A stretch of DNA of 64,000 nt from Halocafeteria seosinensis. Taxonomy: Eukaryota. The stretch is from positions 62,001 to 126,000 of the forward strand of contig LVLI01000006.1 of NCBI GenBank assembly GCA_001687465.1. Reading direction: 5' to 3'. Positions 37,608-49,820 of this stretch are shown piece after piece (position 1 is the first letter of the stretch; each line of letters begins with the position of its first letter). The translations under genes and the position numbers were made by a program. The notes beneath the pieces were generated by a model. It searched no databases. It worked only from the letters and a program-made list of their open reading frames with translations, and was not told the DNA's origin.

Positions 37608-38448
37608 ATGGACCAACAACAATCCACATCCAACATTGGAGGAAGCGCTGTGGCCGCCGGTATCCACTTTGAGGAGGAAGATGTAGCGCATGGGGTTGCC
37701 TCTATGGGCGACAATTTTGGGCGACCGCAGGAAGATGCCTCCCAATTACAGTTCGGAGAAGGTGCGCGAGGCTCTTAGCTTTATGCTGATGCCGGTGGCG
37801 GTGTATGTCTGTCTGTATGGAGCTCTGCAGGATTCGATGAAAATTGCGCTTTCCTCTCCAATTCCGAAGTCTCATGGCTTTTGGAGCAATTTCAGGAGAA
37901 GGGTGATGATAAGAGGTTTTCAGAGTATGTCGTGTGTTGCACTCGTTGGAACCACTGGTGTGGGATAATGGTCGTTTGTGTGCATTGCAGTGCATTCCAG
38001 CAGTCGTTGGAGTATTGCAGACGATTCGGAGGCAATGCTGAGATGAGAACCGCTGATTCCACTGATGAATTACGCAAGTATGTATGGTCTGTTGGATCAT
38101 GTGTGCCCGCATGTGCTTTAGTACACCGCGTCTATGTTGCAGCTCGCTGCAATCGCTTGAGTTCCGAAGAACGGATAACGAGGGAAGGGAGGAAAGGAAG
38201 GAAGGTTTGCATCCCTATGAGGTAAGATAGAACATGGAAGAATAAATTATGTCTATCTATTGTCATGCTTTTACTAGATCGAACTGTCTTATCGGCGTCC
38301 GCAGCTAGCGAGCTTGTGTAATTTGAATCCGGGCTCAGTGGAAGAAGCCAAGTCACTGATACCAAGTCTTGAGAGGTTTACCGACGAAGATGTGCAGGCT
38401 GCTGTAGAAGTATTGAAGAAAGTTGCATCAAGGACGATCGGTTCGTAA
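37608..38448 (+). CDS. RPB4: RNA polymerase II subunit RPB4, multi-exon
   Basis: Spliced EDASQLQFGE..FLSNSEVSWLLE, FQQSLEYCRRF, LHPYE-LASLCNLNPGSVEEAKSLIPSLERF. Confidence 0.9.
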
Positions 38449-38866
38449 ATTGGGAAAAAGTGTGGTAATAGTTTGGGATCAGCAAGTTGCAACGCAGTAA
38501 AATGGATCGCATCATCTCCCTCCCTTGAAAATGGAACCTGGGTGGAGAGTCTCACTAAAAAAAAAGTCTACGAACCTGCTAGTAGGCTGCACTGTATAGC
38601 TTTAGCGGGGCTCTAGATCCCATGCAACCTGTCCTGTCCTTTGAATGAATCGCTCACAGCGCTTCCCGAATGGTACTTGTCCGCTCTTCGCAACTTGACT
38701 TGTTCAAGTACCATAACAGAAGCTTGGCAATGTGACAATTCCGCCCTGTTTTACGCCTTAATAATTCTGTTTTACACCCAATAAGGAGTAGAATAGATAC
38801 ATTTTACACGTTTGCAGGATTGCGCACAGCTGGATCGTTTATAAATACAGGCCTTCATCACAGTCG

Positions 38867-40765
38867 TCACGTTGCAATATGGAGGTCCGTCAGTCCTCCA
38901 GTCAATGTTATACCCCAGCCCTCTACTAGCAGACGCAGAATATCTTCGGTGACTGATTCAATATCGGCACCGTCTTCCGTGTTGTTCTCAGTGAGCGTCC
39001 ATGTCTTTCGGAATTCCTGGAATAGAGTTACAAAGCAAAAGGCGTGCGGTTTGGACTTCATAGCCACTTCTACGTCAATAAAAAGACTTACCTGTTCTAA
39101 AACGCAATTGGTTGGTACCCTATAGCGGCTCTCGAAAGCCTCTGAAAGCAAGGAAGGTGCTCGCGGATGAGCATGAAGCGCTCTTTGCTCTAGATCCTTT
39201 CCGCGCGAGAGTTCGTACCGAAGCGTTCCCACATGCTCCAAAGAGTTTGCTAGTGTGCCGCGAAAGCTGAAACCTATTGCGGGGCTGCAGTAAAACTTGG
39301 CATACTCCCTGCTGTGGTCGCTGGCCGACCCACTCTCCGCTCTCCCTGTGTTAGCACTGGTTCCAAACCCCGTGTGTTCTTGTGACTGCATATGGCGGTC
39401 TTCTTCCTCAGTATGGGTCGATAAGTGAGGTGCCAATAGTGGTTCCTCATTGATCGCAGAAAACCCGGGGAACATCCGGTCTGTCAAACGTTTCCACAGG
39501 TCGGAAACCTGAAGTGATCGAGGCAGAAACTGCAGTTTAGAGTCGTACCGCAAAAGCGCCAACGCAGTCTTTGAGTAACCAAAAGTATTAGATGACGTAT
39601 CCACATTTATACGACTCTGCGATCTCTTTATCTCAGGTGAATCAGCTCCATTGCCTCTCAATGGAAATACTTGCAGCCTGAGAGCGAACGCAGTTAAAGG
39701 GAACGACCGAAACGATGTTTCCGAATCTGTGCCGTGACTATCTTGATTTTTGTATGATGGATAGAGGCGTTGTATAGCGGAATTCGATGCGTAGCAGGCG
39801 ATCAACGAAGAGAATTCCAGATGGGAAGGAACAACGGTTTTCTTCCATGCGTTAGAGATTACCTCTTGCCACGTTCCATTCAGTCCAAGAGGAGGAAGTT
39901 CCCGTCGTATGTTTGTTTTGCTCTTGCTAAGCTTCCTCCCGTCTTCTCGTGCAGAGCTTCGCATCTTTCGGAGGAACCCCTCCGTAGCCTGCCACGCTTG
40001 AAAGCCACCTTCGACAGTTTCATTCTGTGTTTTTACATAATACGTAAAAGGCATCCAACCGTCTGATAAGAATACGGATACTTCGGCTGGGCTCCAGCCT
40101 ATAGCAGCTGGACCTACAAATGCTCTTCCATAGAGCAGATTCCCAGATTTTTCAAACGTGATGGCTCGGCGATTACTTCCTTGAAACGCCCCCATCGATA
40201 GATGTGGATGGAATAGCAATGTTCGTGTGTGCATACTATGCTGTGGCTGCTCCCCTCCGATAGCAGCCTCTTGTTGCTGTCGACGATTGCTTTGCAAGTA
40301 CGATCGGATCATTTCACGAATTTGATTTCTGAGGTTCTGTCGGAGCCATAACCGTTCCAAGACGTACCATTTGATCGGCTCGTAGGGATAGTGGAACATA
40401 CTCCGATAAATTCCAAACTTGAAATAATTCGCATAAAACCAACTCCATATACGATCACTACATGACGCTTCCTGTTTGCCTTGTCTAACTCGGGTCTCCT
40501 GAGAATCCAGATGATGATGCCAGTTCTTATTCACGCGCATTGCGGACACCATCGTCCGCGGGTCCGTAAACGTGAAAATATGGACAAGCACCTCTGTAGG
40601 AAACTTCAACGCGCTCCATCGTCCAGAATACCCTGTGGAGCACTTTATAGAGTCCGATATTTCTCCACAAGACCTATCTATCTTTCGCTTTTTCCTCTGC
40701 AGCTGCTGCGCTGTTTCGTCCGATGCCGTAGCAACAGAGGTGGTGGTTTCTATTTCCCCCTCCAT
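38867..40765 (-). CDS. F-box domain protein, intronless
   Basis: FPTEVLVHIFTFTDPRTMVSAMRVNKNW near the N-terminus; remainder unrecognised. Confidence 0.75.
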   Translation of the reverse strand: MEGEIETTTSVATASDETAQQLQRKKRKIDRSCGEISDSIKCSTGYSGRWSALKFPTEVLVHIFTFTDPRTMVSAMRVNKNWHHHLDSQETRVRQGKQEASCSDRIWSWFYANYFKFGIYRSMFHYPYEPIKWYVLERLWLRQNLRNQIREMIRSYLQSNRRQQQEAAIGGEQPQHSMHTRTLLFHPHLSMGAFQGSNRRAITFEKSGNLLYGRAFVGPAAIGWSPAEVSVFLSDGWMPFTYYVKTQNETVEGGFQAWQATEGFLRKMRSSAREDGRKLSKSKTNIRRELPPLGLNGTWQEVISNAWKKTVVPSHLEFSSLIACYASNSAIQRLYPSYKNQDSHGTDSETSFRSFPLTAFALRLQVFPLRGNGADSPEIKRSQSRINVDTSSNTFGYSKTALALLRYDSKLQFLPRSLQVSDLWKRLTDRMFPGFSAINEEPLLAPHLSTHTEEEDRHMQSQEHTGFGTSANTGRAESGSASDHSREYAKFYCSPAIGFSFRGTLANSLEHVGTLRYELSRGKDLEQRALHAHPRAPSLLSEAFESRYRVPTNCVLEQVSLFIDVEVAMKSKPHAFCFVTLFQEFRKTWTLTENNTEDGADIESVTEDILRLLVEGWGITLTGGLTDLHIAT

Positions 40766-40968
40766 TGTTTTCTTCTTTGTGGCGTATAAATCTAGCTAAA
40801 AAGCAGCAATACCTACTGAAACACAGACTGTACAGTGCAGACTTCAACTTGGGGCGCTGGAACTTCAAGCGTGTACTTAACTTGCGCTTAATACAGACGG
40901 TACCGAGGATGCTAGTGTTGTCCAGAAGTTGGACGTTTTCCCGAGTGCAGTATGCGTGCATAAAAGTG

Positions 40969-41756
40969 ATGGAGGGTCAACAGGGCACGCGCTTCGTACC
41001 GCGAATGCCCTTTCGGGACCAGCTTTTCTCACAAAAGACAGGTGATTCCTCGGCCCTTAATGCATGGAGACACACCCATTTCGGCAATACGTCTTCGAGG
41101 GCCGAATGCAATGCTTATTTCTTTCATGAACTCGAAGGACGAGTAGATCAGTATTTCAACATTGTGAATGGGGAAAATCCTCCACCTGACAGTGAAACTC
41201 AGCAGCAACCTGGATACGGAAATGCAGCAAGTGTGGCCGAAGAAGGAGAAGAAGATGGTACGTAAGGCTCGCCGGAATGGATGGGCGTTTCCAGTCGAGT
41301 GATTTCTTTGGGGCTACAGTGGAATACATGTTAGTTCTCAATGAAGAATGGGCGGAGAAGTTTCGAGCTACCGAACAGCGCCGCCGAGAAAGTAAGGGAG
41401 TTCCACTGACTAGCAGCCGATTTTCGGATTCAAGCTTTATTTGATGTATTGCAGGAGATGAAAAAAGAAAAGCGCAAAAAAAGAAGCGTAAAGGTAAGTT
41501 TATCTCGGGTTGTTCGTGATAGGTGACTTCACCCCGCGTTTGGATTGCAGGACGACGGAAGGCTCGCCCGAAGCCAACACCTCTAGAAAAAATGTACGCA
41601 GAAGTATATCCTCCCAGCAGCTTATCTGAACAAAATTTTCCTTTGAACAAAGCTGAAGAGGAAGTTATAGAGCTCGAATGCTCTTTGAACGCTCGGTTTG
41701 ATTACGAGGTTGCAGCTCATCGCCCGTTGTTATGGCCTGAGGCTCCTCGATGGTGA
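40969..41756 (+). CDS. Gemin8-like protein, multi-exon
   Basis: EEWAEKFRATEQRRRE; C-terminal KMY...VIELECSLNARFDYEVAAHRPLLWPEAP resembles the Gemin8 C-terminus. Confidence 0.6.
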
Positions 41757-41813
41757 AGCAAGTACAATCAATAGGAGAAATAAAGAGCTCATGGCACGGA
41801 AACAGTATGTATA

Positions 41814-44643
41814 TTATGTACGTGTTGGTTCTGGTTCGAAACCCGTCCGAGTTTTCGAGGTAGTTATACGGTCAGAAAGGGGACGTCTACTAGCGTAAGA
41901 TGCTTCGGTTCTCGTAGCGGCTGTGGCCGCAGCAATAGGATTCTCTAGTCCAGTAGTGGGAGACCTGGAATGCATTCTTGAACGACGAATGATGAAAGCA
42001 GCACCGACGATAACGATTAGTGCGGCTGCGCCACCGACACTTCCCAAGAAAGCTGCTGAACTAGCCCAACTGTTACCGTTACCGGAGGAGCCACCGGATT
42101 TTGTAGGAGCGTTAGGGGATCCTTCATCGTTTCTCAAAAATTGATCATCTTTGGGCTGGTCGCCAATGTACCCTTCCTTCAAGTATCCCCCGAGTAAGTC
42201 GGCTGTTTTATCTTGCTCATTTTGCTTGAGTCCCTCTGGACATTCGTATATGTCACAAAACAGTCTACCATCATTGCAGATACAAGTATTACACCAATTA
42301 TCTTCATCATCCAGATTGAAAACGTCCCCGTGGGAAGCCGTCTCTCCGTTCGATAGGGAGCATGTTCTACCAGACTGGCCAGGAACACGGACTGGAACTT
42401 CTGATCTGTCTACTTCGTCGGGTACTTCCACATCAAAGTACTCCTGCAGTTCTAGTTCGACAATAAGGTCATTAAGTGTGGGGCGAGGGGCAGGCTCTTC
42501 TTCGTCTGCAAATGGTGGTACGATTTCTTCTTCAACTGGGGGTCCTTCCTCTTGGTTTTCATCTGCGATGATAATGTCTTCTTCCTCTTTTTCTTCCTCG
42601 GATACGTCCTCAGGTAATTCAGGGGCTTCTTCCTCCTCCTCTTCTCCTTCGATCTCTTCTTCCTCTTCTGGTTCTTCGGCGGCTTCTTCTTCGGTTTCTC
42701 CTTCTGGTGGATTGGAGTCAGGTGCAGGAGGCTCTTCATCATCTTCAGGTTCTTCTTGTTCGCACTCGTTGTCTTCGCAATTCAAGTTAGCGTTTTCTTC
42801 ACAAGTGCACTTGTTGCAATAGTTATGCGAATCATCATTACCGGTCCAACCAAAAGCTACTTTCTTTCCACTTGTCAATTCGCAATCCATGTGAGGGTTT
42901 TCGGGCTCTACTTCTTCTTCTTCTTTGGGTTCGCAGTCTTCATCTTCCTTGTCACAGCTCAAAACTCCGTTGTTACAAGAGCATGTTTTGCACCAGTTGC
43001 CCTCCGTACCGGGGCCATGGTAGCCATGAGGGAGCAATTCGTCTCCACTTTCGCACTGTGCACGCGTATCCTCGGGGTTATCGACTTTGCTCTTTTCTGG
43101 ACAAACTCCGCGGCTGCAATAATACCTGCCGTCGTTACACTTGCATTCCGGTTTACACCAGTCATCCCCAGATCCTTGACCTTTCCAGCCGTGAGCGACT
43201 TCGGTTCCATCAGGAGTTTTGCAACTGCGGGAACCTAAGAATGGCTTGTCGCAGGCAAAGCGCGTGCATTCAATTGTCCCATCTTTGCATTCGCAGGTGT
43301 TACAGAGCATATCTGCGTCCTGTCCGCGGCCCCTCCAGCCATGGCGTACCACTTTCTTTCCGAATTTACATCCTCTTTGCATGAAACGGTATGACCCGAG
43401 CCCTCCAGGTAAATGGGCCAAAATTTGGTCGCGAAGCTTTTCCCGTTCGGTCTCATTGGCAGCAAGAACCTTCTTCCAGAAGTCATCCATTTCAGGAAAC
43501 TCCCATTCGCAATCTGGGAAGTGGCAGTCCTTTCCAACACGACTTACAGATGTACCGTCGGGACACTGCCAAGAAAGTGGACAACATGGCGTATTGTTGC
43601 TAAACAAATACTAGATTCAGGACGTACGTACCTCTTTAACATCATTGGGACACATTACTGTTGATTCGATGGAGTCTTCATCTGCGGGTACCTCAATCAT
43701 TTCTTCGGTACTACTATCTTCACTTTCTCCAGGTTCAGGCTCTCCACCATTCTCTCGTGCAGCTTCTTCCTTGGCTCTCTCTTCAGCCTCTTCTTTCTCA
43801 TGCTTCTTAAGTTCTTCCTTCTCTTCGTCGGTTAGGTCCTCTTCGTCAATGGGCTGAGGTGTGGAATCGTCCACGCACTCGAATCTGCAGCCTAATCTGG
43901 CTTCTCTGTGTACCAATTCGCCAGTGGCTTCGCAGAAATGTGTCTGCAATATTTTGTTGATTTGTGTTAAACCTCCAATGAAAAAACGTTCTCTTCGATC
44001 ACCACAACTATGTACTTACATCCGTGGGGCAAATTGCATCGCGTTCATCCGTGTTCTCTGCAAGGATCTCCGGGTCGGGGCAGGCAGGGAATTCGCAATC
44101 GTTATCAGGTGAGCGTCGGTAATACATGTTGCCCTGAAGGAAAAAGAACGAAAGAAAGAAGGTAAAGGGTTGCAAAAAAATTACAAAAAATACCAGGGCT
44201 ACCGCCAAGGGGATTCTAGAGGGAGGGCAACTTGAAGCTACAAATGATCTCCGCAGAAGAGCCATGACCAGCAACGGGCTACAAACAGCGGAAAGCTTCA
44301 TGTGCTCTTTTCGTGCATAAAACAAGCTACCTTTACTTAGGAACGTAGAGAAAGAGTAGGAATCACTTACGCATCTCTTAAAATCGGGAGGGCATTTCTT
44401 AGGATGGATTTCTTCATCGCAACCGTCGTCGGAACATGAGAGAACTCCATCAACACACGAGCATCTCAAACATTCGGCTCCTGCTACCTTTGCAATGCCA
44501 TCAAAAAGATCCTGTACATGCTCTCCATTCTTATGAATACGACAGAAAGCTCTTCCGAGAGCTGTCTTGAAAGCAACAGCCTCATGAATACAGCAGAAGA
44601 GCACTGCGGCCAATACCACAAGCACTTCAACGGAAAATCTCAT
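41814..44643 (-). CDS. Type I membrane protein with VWC/pacifastin-like and 4-Cys repeats and acidic stalks
   Basis: Signal peptide; six CxxCxCxxGxxxC-type modules; three CPxD..C..R...CxFxxC modules; Glu-rich linkers; TM GAAALIVIVGAAFII followed by RR. Confidence 0.8.
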
Positions 44644-44922
44644 CTTTCTCTTCTCTTAGACTGGTATTTAGACTGGAAAAGAAAAAGTTGCACAAATTAG
44701 ACTGGACAAGAAAACGTGCAAAAAATCAAGTGGTTTCCTCGGCGAGACTACGGCTCTTCTGCGTAGAAGCCGTGGCAAGAGACATTGAAGATGGTAAGTG
44801 AAACAAAAGTTAGTTCTCTTCTAGAACATCAACTTCGTCTGCAGTTGCGCTGTTTAAACGCTTAATTTATGGGTATTAGATGATGCCGTAGTGGACGTAA
44901 AGTACCACATTGAAAAGGGAAA

Positions 44923-45899
44923 ATGTCGTCGGAAAAGTACATGAACGTACCGTCCTCGGACGATGCGATGGAGATGGGGGAGCAACAGTCAAAGAAGAGC
45001 TCAATGGGGTCCATTGCTGGTTCAGACAATGACACTTTGAGGACTTTAGACGAACCTGTGACAAGAACGATAATGCGTGACTTGAAAATGATAGCTACAA
45101 AACTGAGATACGTACTCATGCCGCGAGGAGGGACGGAAGAAACTTTGAAATCGTTGCGAGACTGGGACTTATGTACGTCTTCTGCCCTGATTTCCTCTAC
45201 TTTATTGCACGAATACTATTGTAATGGAACTCTTGGCGACTTTTTTTGTCATCTCAATCTTGGATTATTGCAGGGGGCCCTCTTCTTCTTTGCTTGACCT
45301 TGTCCATGTAAGTGAAACCTCGACGTGGGCACCAAACTAACGACAGGAAAAGTCACATCGCTTTCTGTGATTCTGTGATCTCCAGCGTGATGAGTATTCA
45401 TGCTGCCGAAGGACAGACCTCGCTAGTGTTTGCAGCAGTTTTCGTCATTGTATGGGTTGGAGCCGGTGTTGTCACATTAAATGCCCAGCTTCTTGGTGGC
45501 AGAATGTAAGGGAATAACTCTGCAGAATGTAAGGGGTCAGTATCTATTACACTAAACGAACACTTGCAGATCGTTTTTCCAAAGCGTATGCGTATTAGGA
45601 TACTGTATTTTTCCTCTGGTGCTTGCTTCACTGGTGACCCCGTTTATTCCCATTATTTTTCTGAAAATGTTGATAGTACTTGGCACGTATCTATGGTGCA
45701 CGCGAGGTGAGTAGCTTTACAGTGCTTGTATATTATCAGCCGGACAACTATAGCAACGTTTGATGGTGTCGTTTTCTTTGTATATTCAGCTTCGGTCGTT
45801 TTCATGGCTTCTATGGTGCAAGAGAGTAGGAGGTTCTTAGCCATATACCCCGTGTGTCTTTTTTACTTGATTATTTCGTGGATGATATATATCCAGTGA
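44923..45899 (+). CDS. YIPF6: Yip1-domain Golgi protein (YIPF6-like), multi-exon
   Basis: TLDEPVTRTIMRDL, LRDWDL-GPLLLCL, VTLNAQLLGG, SFFQSVCVLGYCIFPL, YPVCLFY. Confidence 0.88.
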
Positions 45900-45942
45900 A
45901 CCACACACACCCACTAAAAGCGTTTAGTGACAAAGATCATCC

Positions 45943-47435
45943 TTACGAGTGTACGACGCTCTCGTAGGTGGGAACAATGTACCTGCGATTCAACGACGAG
46001 GTTATGCAGGTTCTCAGCTAGTGGATGTTGACACGCCGGACTTACTTGATGTTGATAAAGGCGTCTTCCCCACCGTGCACTTCCAGCTTTTGTAGTGTAT
46101 CCTCGATCAAATCGCCAAGATTTTGCCTGCAACAGAGAGTCTGTACAATACACAAATTATTACCATAACGTGGAAAGCACACGTACTTTTTGCGTTGGGA
46201 ATATTCGATTCCGTCGCCCAGATTTAAGTTTTTGTCCTTGAACATGCTAATCACAGGAAGAATTTGCCTGAAGTATGGCACGAGTGCCTCTCCAACCAAT
46301 TCATTGTTCTCTACCATAGTCTGTATTGCGCAAAGTGCTGCAATTAGTATTACCAAGCGCAATTGGCGAGCGGGGCACATACTTGAAGGATTTTCAAGAC
46401 CCGAACCATCACATCGAAATCTCGAGTATTCAGCGCGTTCTTCAGAGGCAACACTATTTGTGGCACAACCGGAAGAATTTTATGGGAGCCTCCGTGAAGC
46501 ACCATGTCGTAAGTACCCTGAGGTCGGCAAAACATATGCTGTAAGACGGGTCCCCTACTATCAACCTCCAAATGTTTGTCGTACCTCCTCAGCAATAAAG
46601 CGGTAAGGCTCTTCGTTTTCTCGTAGTCCGTCGACGAAAATTGGAAGATAGTGGTGGAAATCCAATTTTGTTACTTCAATTTTCCATTGTATGCGATTGT
46701 GAACACCTCTGTCGCAGGCAGATTGAAGGAATGTCGCAACGAAGAAGGAAGGAGCAACTCGAGTGGCACGAACTCTGATACTTACTGCAAAATGGTGATC
46801 GGAAGATCGCCGCGTTCGTAAAATCGGCGAAGCTCCGTATTTGGAGGATTGGGCCTTTGCTTGAAGGCATACGCAGGTGGTGGCTTCTTTTGCGATGGTG
46901 AATGGCGTTTTTCTTCCGCAGCTTTTTGCAACCCAATGTCGCAAGTTCCTGCGAATCCTGAGTGCTTCTTCAAGTACTCTGAAATCACGCACATACCATT
47001 CGAGCATAATACCAATACAACGATAGCGTGCGTGCTACTTACGCTTCGGAACAGGGCGTTGAGTTCGCCGGTGTGTGAGGGCGAATGCCTCATCATCGGT
47101 CTCGTGTGGAATTCCAGGATGCTCCCCGGGACGCACACGTTGGGGACGATTGGTGCAGTCTAGAGCAGATCCAGATTCTCTGTTGATAACGTTGCCTGTA
47201 TAAACAGTCATCAGACAACAAATAATCAAAAAATAGTATTTCTCCACAATTTCTCTCAAAACGCGCGCACTGCCGCGCTGAGAGCGCACCCTCAAAACTG
47301 TTGGCTGGCACACTACAACAACGGAACGCCGGACAGCATGGAAAACTTTCACTCACGTGTCGTAGACACCTTATACGAGGTGTTTGGCACCCCGATGGGC
47401 ACAGTCGTCGTGCTTGCGCCTGTGGGAGATTCCAT
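45943..47435 (-). CDS. PACRG: Parkin co-regulated protein (axonemal), multi-exon (start approximate)
   Basis: [76 protein letters not shown]. Confidence 0.93.
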
Positions 47436-48072
47436 CTTTCCAGATTCTCCACCAGCCAAACGGATAGTTGCCGATCGCAGAAAACTATTTGCTGGAAAAC
47501 CCCTTTCAAGTGGGTGCTACAGACGGCACTGGGTTTCTAATTCTTTCGTAACACCACGATGGGATTTGATTCACTATCAACGCTTGTAAAGCAATGGGCT
47601 GTGGTGAGGTGGTAAACAACTTACGGTCGCGTGAGAAGTCGCAACGTACTGCTTCCGGCTGAAGTTCGAAACGCTTCCCGAAAAAAACTGGGCAAATGTG
47701 GGCCACATGATATGTGTTGGCTGGTTGACATCGACTAATCATCTATCTCATGATAGGAGTGTGCTCATAACGTTATCTCCTGCAATCTAATCGCCACTCC
47801 TGCGGCGCTGCCAGTCTGGCACGGGCCCGTTGCTTGGCACATGGCCAGCGTGGTTCGTAAACTCTGCAATGTGCAGACGACTTTTTCATTAAGCGAGCTT
47901 CCAGTTTGCTCTGTTTGCTAACCCCTATAGCTTCATGAGTAATGGAAGTTAGGAAATTGTAACATTTATGGTAGACTCCTTGGGGAATGTATCGCCATTC
48001 AGTTTAGAACTACTATGCGAGTACCATCAACTATAGTATAAACGATGCACTGTCTGTACTCATATCAGTTAA

Positions 48073-49583
48073 CTAATCAAGGTTTAGAAGTCTTCGGGCG
48101 TTTTCACCAAGTATCATGGAGCTTTCCTCTGCTTTACACTCTTCAGCCACTTGGATATTTTTCGAGGTGCTTGGCCACTCAACAGAATCCATAGGATGGC
48201 TCTTCACATCCGAAGAAGCAGTTGAAGAATAAGACTCTGCTGGAGGAGGAAAGAACGGATGATCTGTTCCAAACATCAGTCTGTCCGTTCCTACAAACTG
48301 CTGAGCAGCGGATAAAGTAGGAGTGTGATAGCTGATACTATCATAGTACATATTCTTGAGGTACTCCGTGGGTCGTTTCTTTAGCTTGCCTTTCAATACG
48401 GCATCTCCTTCAACGCAACTGTCTAGTCTTCCCGCTAAGAAGGGCAGAGTGCCACCCGCGTGGGCTAGAAGCAGTTTCAGGTCCGGCACTTTGTCCAATG
48501 TGCCAGAGCATATTAGTCGTGCAACCTGAGCAGACCTTAACCGTAAAACCACCCTTTCAAGTGCAATTGAAACAACACCTTCAAAGACTTACAGCAGTTG
48601 TAGTTTCGAAAGTGAAGCCTAGTGCAAGGAATAAAGCATGGCCATAGCCACCACCGAAACTCTCATTCCCCACTCCGTAATGTGGATGCAAAAACACGAA
48701 TAGTCCAAGCCTTTCTATTGTTTGGAAAATTGGTAGCAATTTTTCATCGTCGAGTCCGCTGATTCGTCAATGCATTCAAAACCACGATGTGACGTACCTA
48801 ATTCTTCAGATGTATAGAAATTACACTTACCTCCCAAGTCCTTGAGTGCTTAATATAATTCCTCGCAGTTTGGAGCTCTTTGCTATTCTTTCTAGTTCTT
48901 GACAAGACGCCTCAACATTTGTTGTTGGTAGTACTCCGAAGCCGTAAAATCGCCCTGTAAATTAAATGGCAGCAGAGCGTTCTCAAGCAGACTGGTTAGA
49001 TATCGTTTCGGATTCAGTCCTTACCGTGGCTTCGCTCGCATGCGTCATTGAGATCAGCATTGAGTTGTTTTGCGACATCAGGTGCTTCTTCAGGTCCTAA
49101 GAAATCCAGCCAGGGATTTGCAAGGCTGCAAACCGCAAAGTTGTGAGCAACTCGGTGTTTCTGCCAAACTGTGACCTGTGAAGCCTTACCTGAGCACCGA
49201 CACATCGATGCCATGCGCGTCCATGAACGCAATCTTGCGGTCCATGTCATAGTACTCGGAGCCAATCGGCCTCCCCTTGGAGGTGCTTTCCTCGGCATCC
49301 TCTGCAGGGAACAGGAACTTGGAGAATCCACACAATCCAACAAATTCTCAATGCCCATACCTCCCGGTAGGATGATCAGTCGGTCCTCATTGTTGATAGT
49401 TTCCACGCGTGGTACTTTGCCCCGGTTCCTCAGAATGTCCATGTACCGCGGAAGGTACACATGCGTGTGAACGTCCACTGTGTAGAGACTGCTCCCGTAG
49501 GAGCCGGCACTCGTGCTCATGGCTCGCGCACACAAGTTTGTCAAAGGTTTGTGAAGACGATGAAAGCGTTGTATGGCTCTCAT
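48073..49583 (-). CDS. Amidohydrolase-2 decarboxylase resembling uracil-5-carboxylate (iso-orotate) decarboxylase, multi-exon
   Basis: VDVHTHVY, SLANPWLDF, FLHPHYG, LALGFTFETT, LLLAHAGGTLPFLAGRLDSC, FGTDHPFFPP. Confidence 0.8.
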
Positions 49584-49820
49584 TCTACCATACCCGAGAG
49601 AACAGGAATCAGATCACAAGGCTCTTTGGGAATCAATCAACGCAACACTACTAGGCCCGATTTATACTATGCAGGCTACATAATGTAGCTGTATTTACGC
49701 TAATTGCCGACCTTCACAGATCGTAGGAAGCTGTAATGGTGCCACACTGCTACCACTTGTACAATGACAAAGCGGAGGCTCCACTCCACTCTTTGAGGGG
49801 GCAAGTTTTTGATGTAGACA

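Noticed and set aside
42151..43614. Plus-strand Ser-rich ORFs
   Set aside because: Antisense shadows of the Glu-rich surface protein
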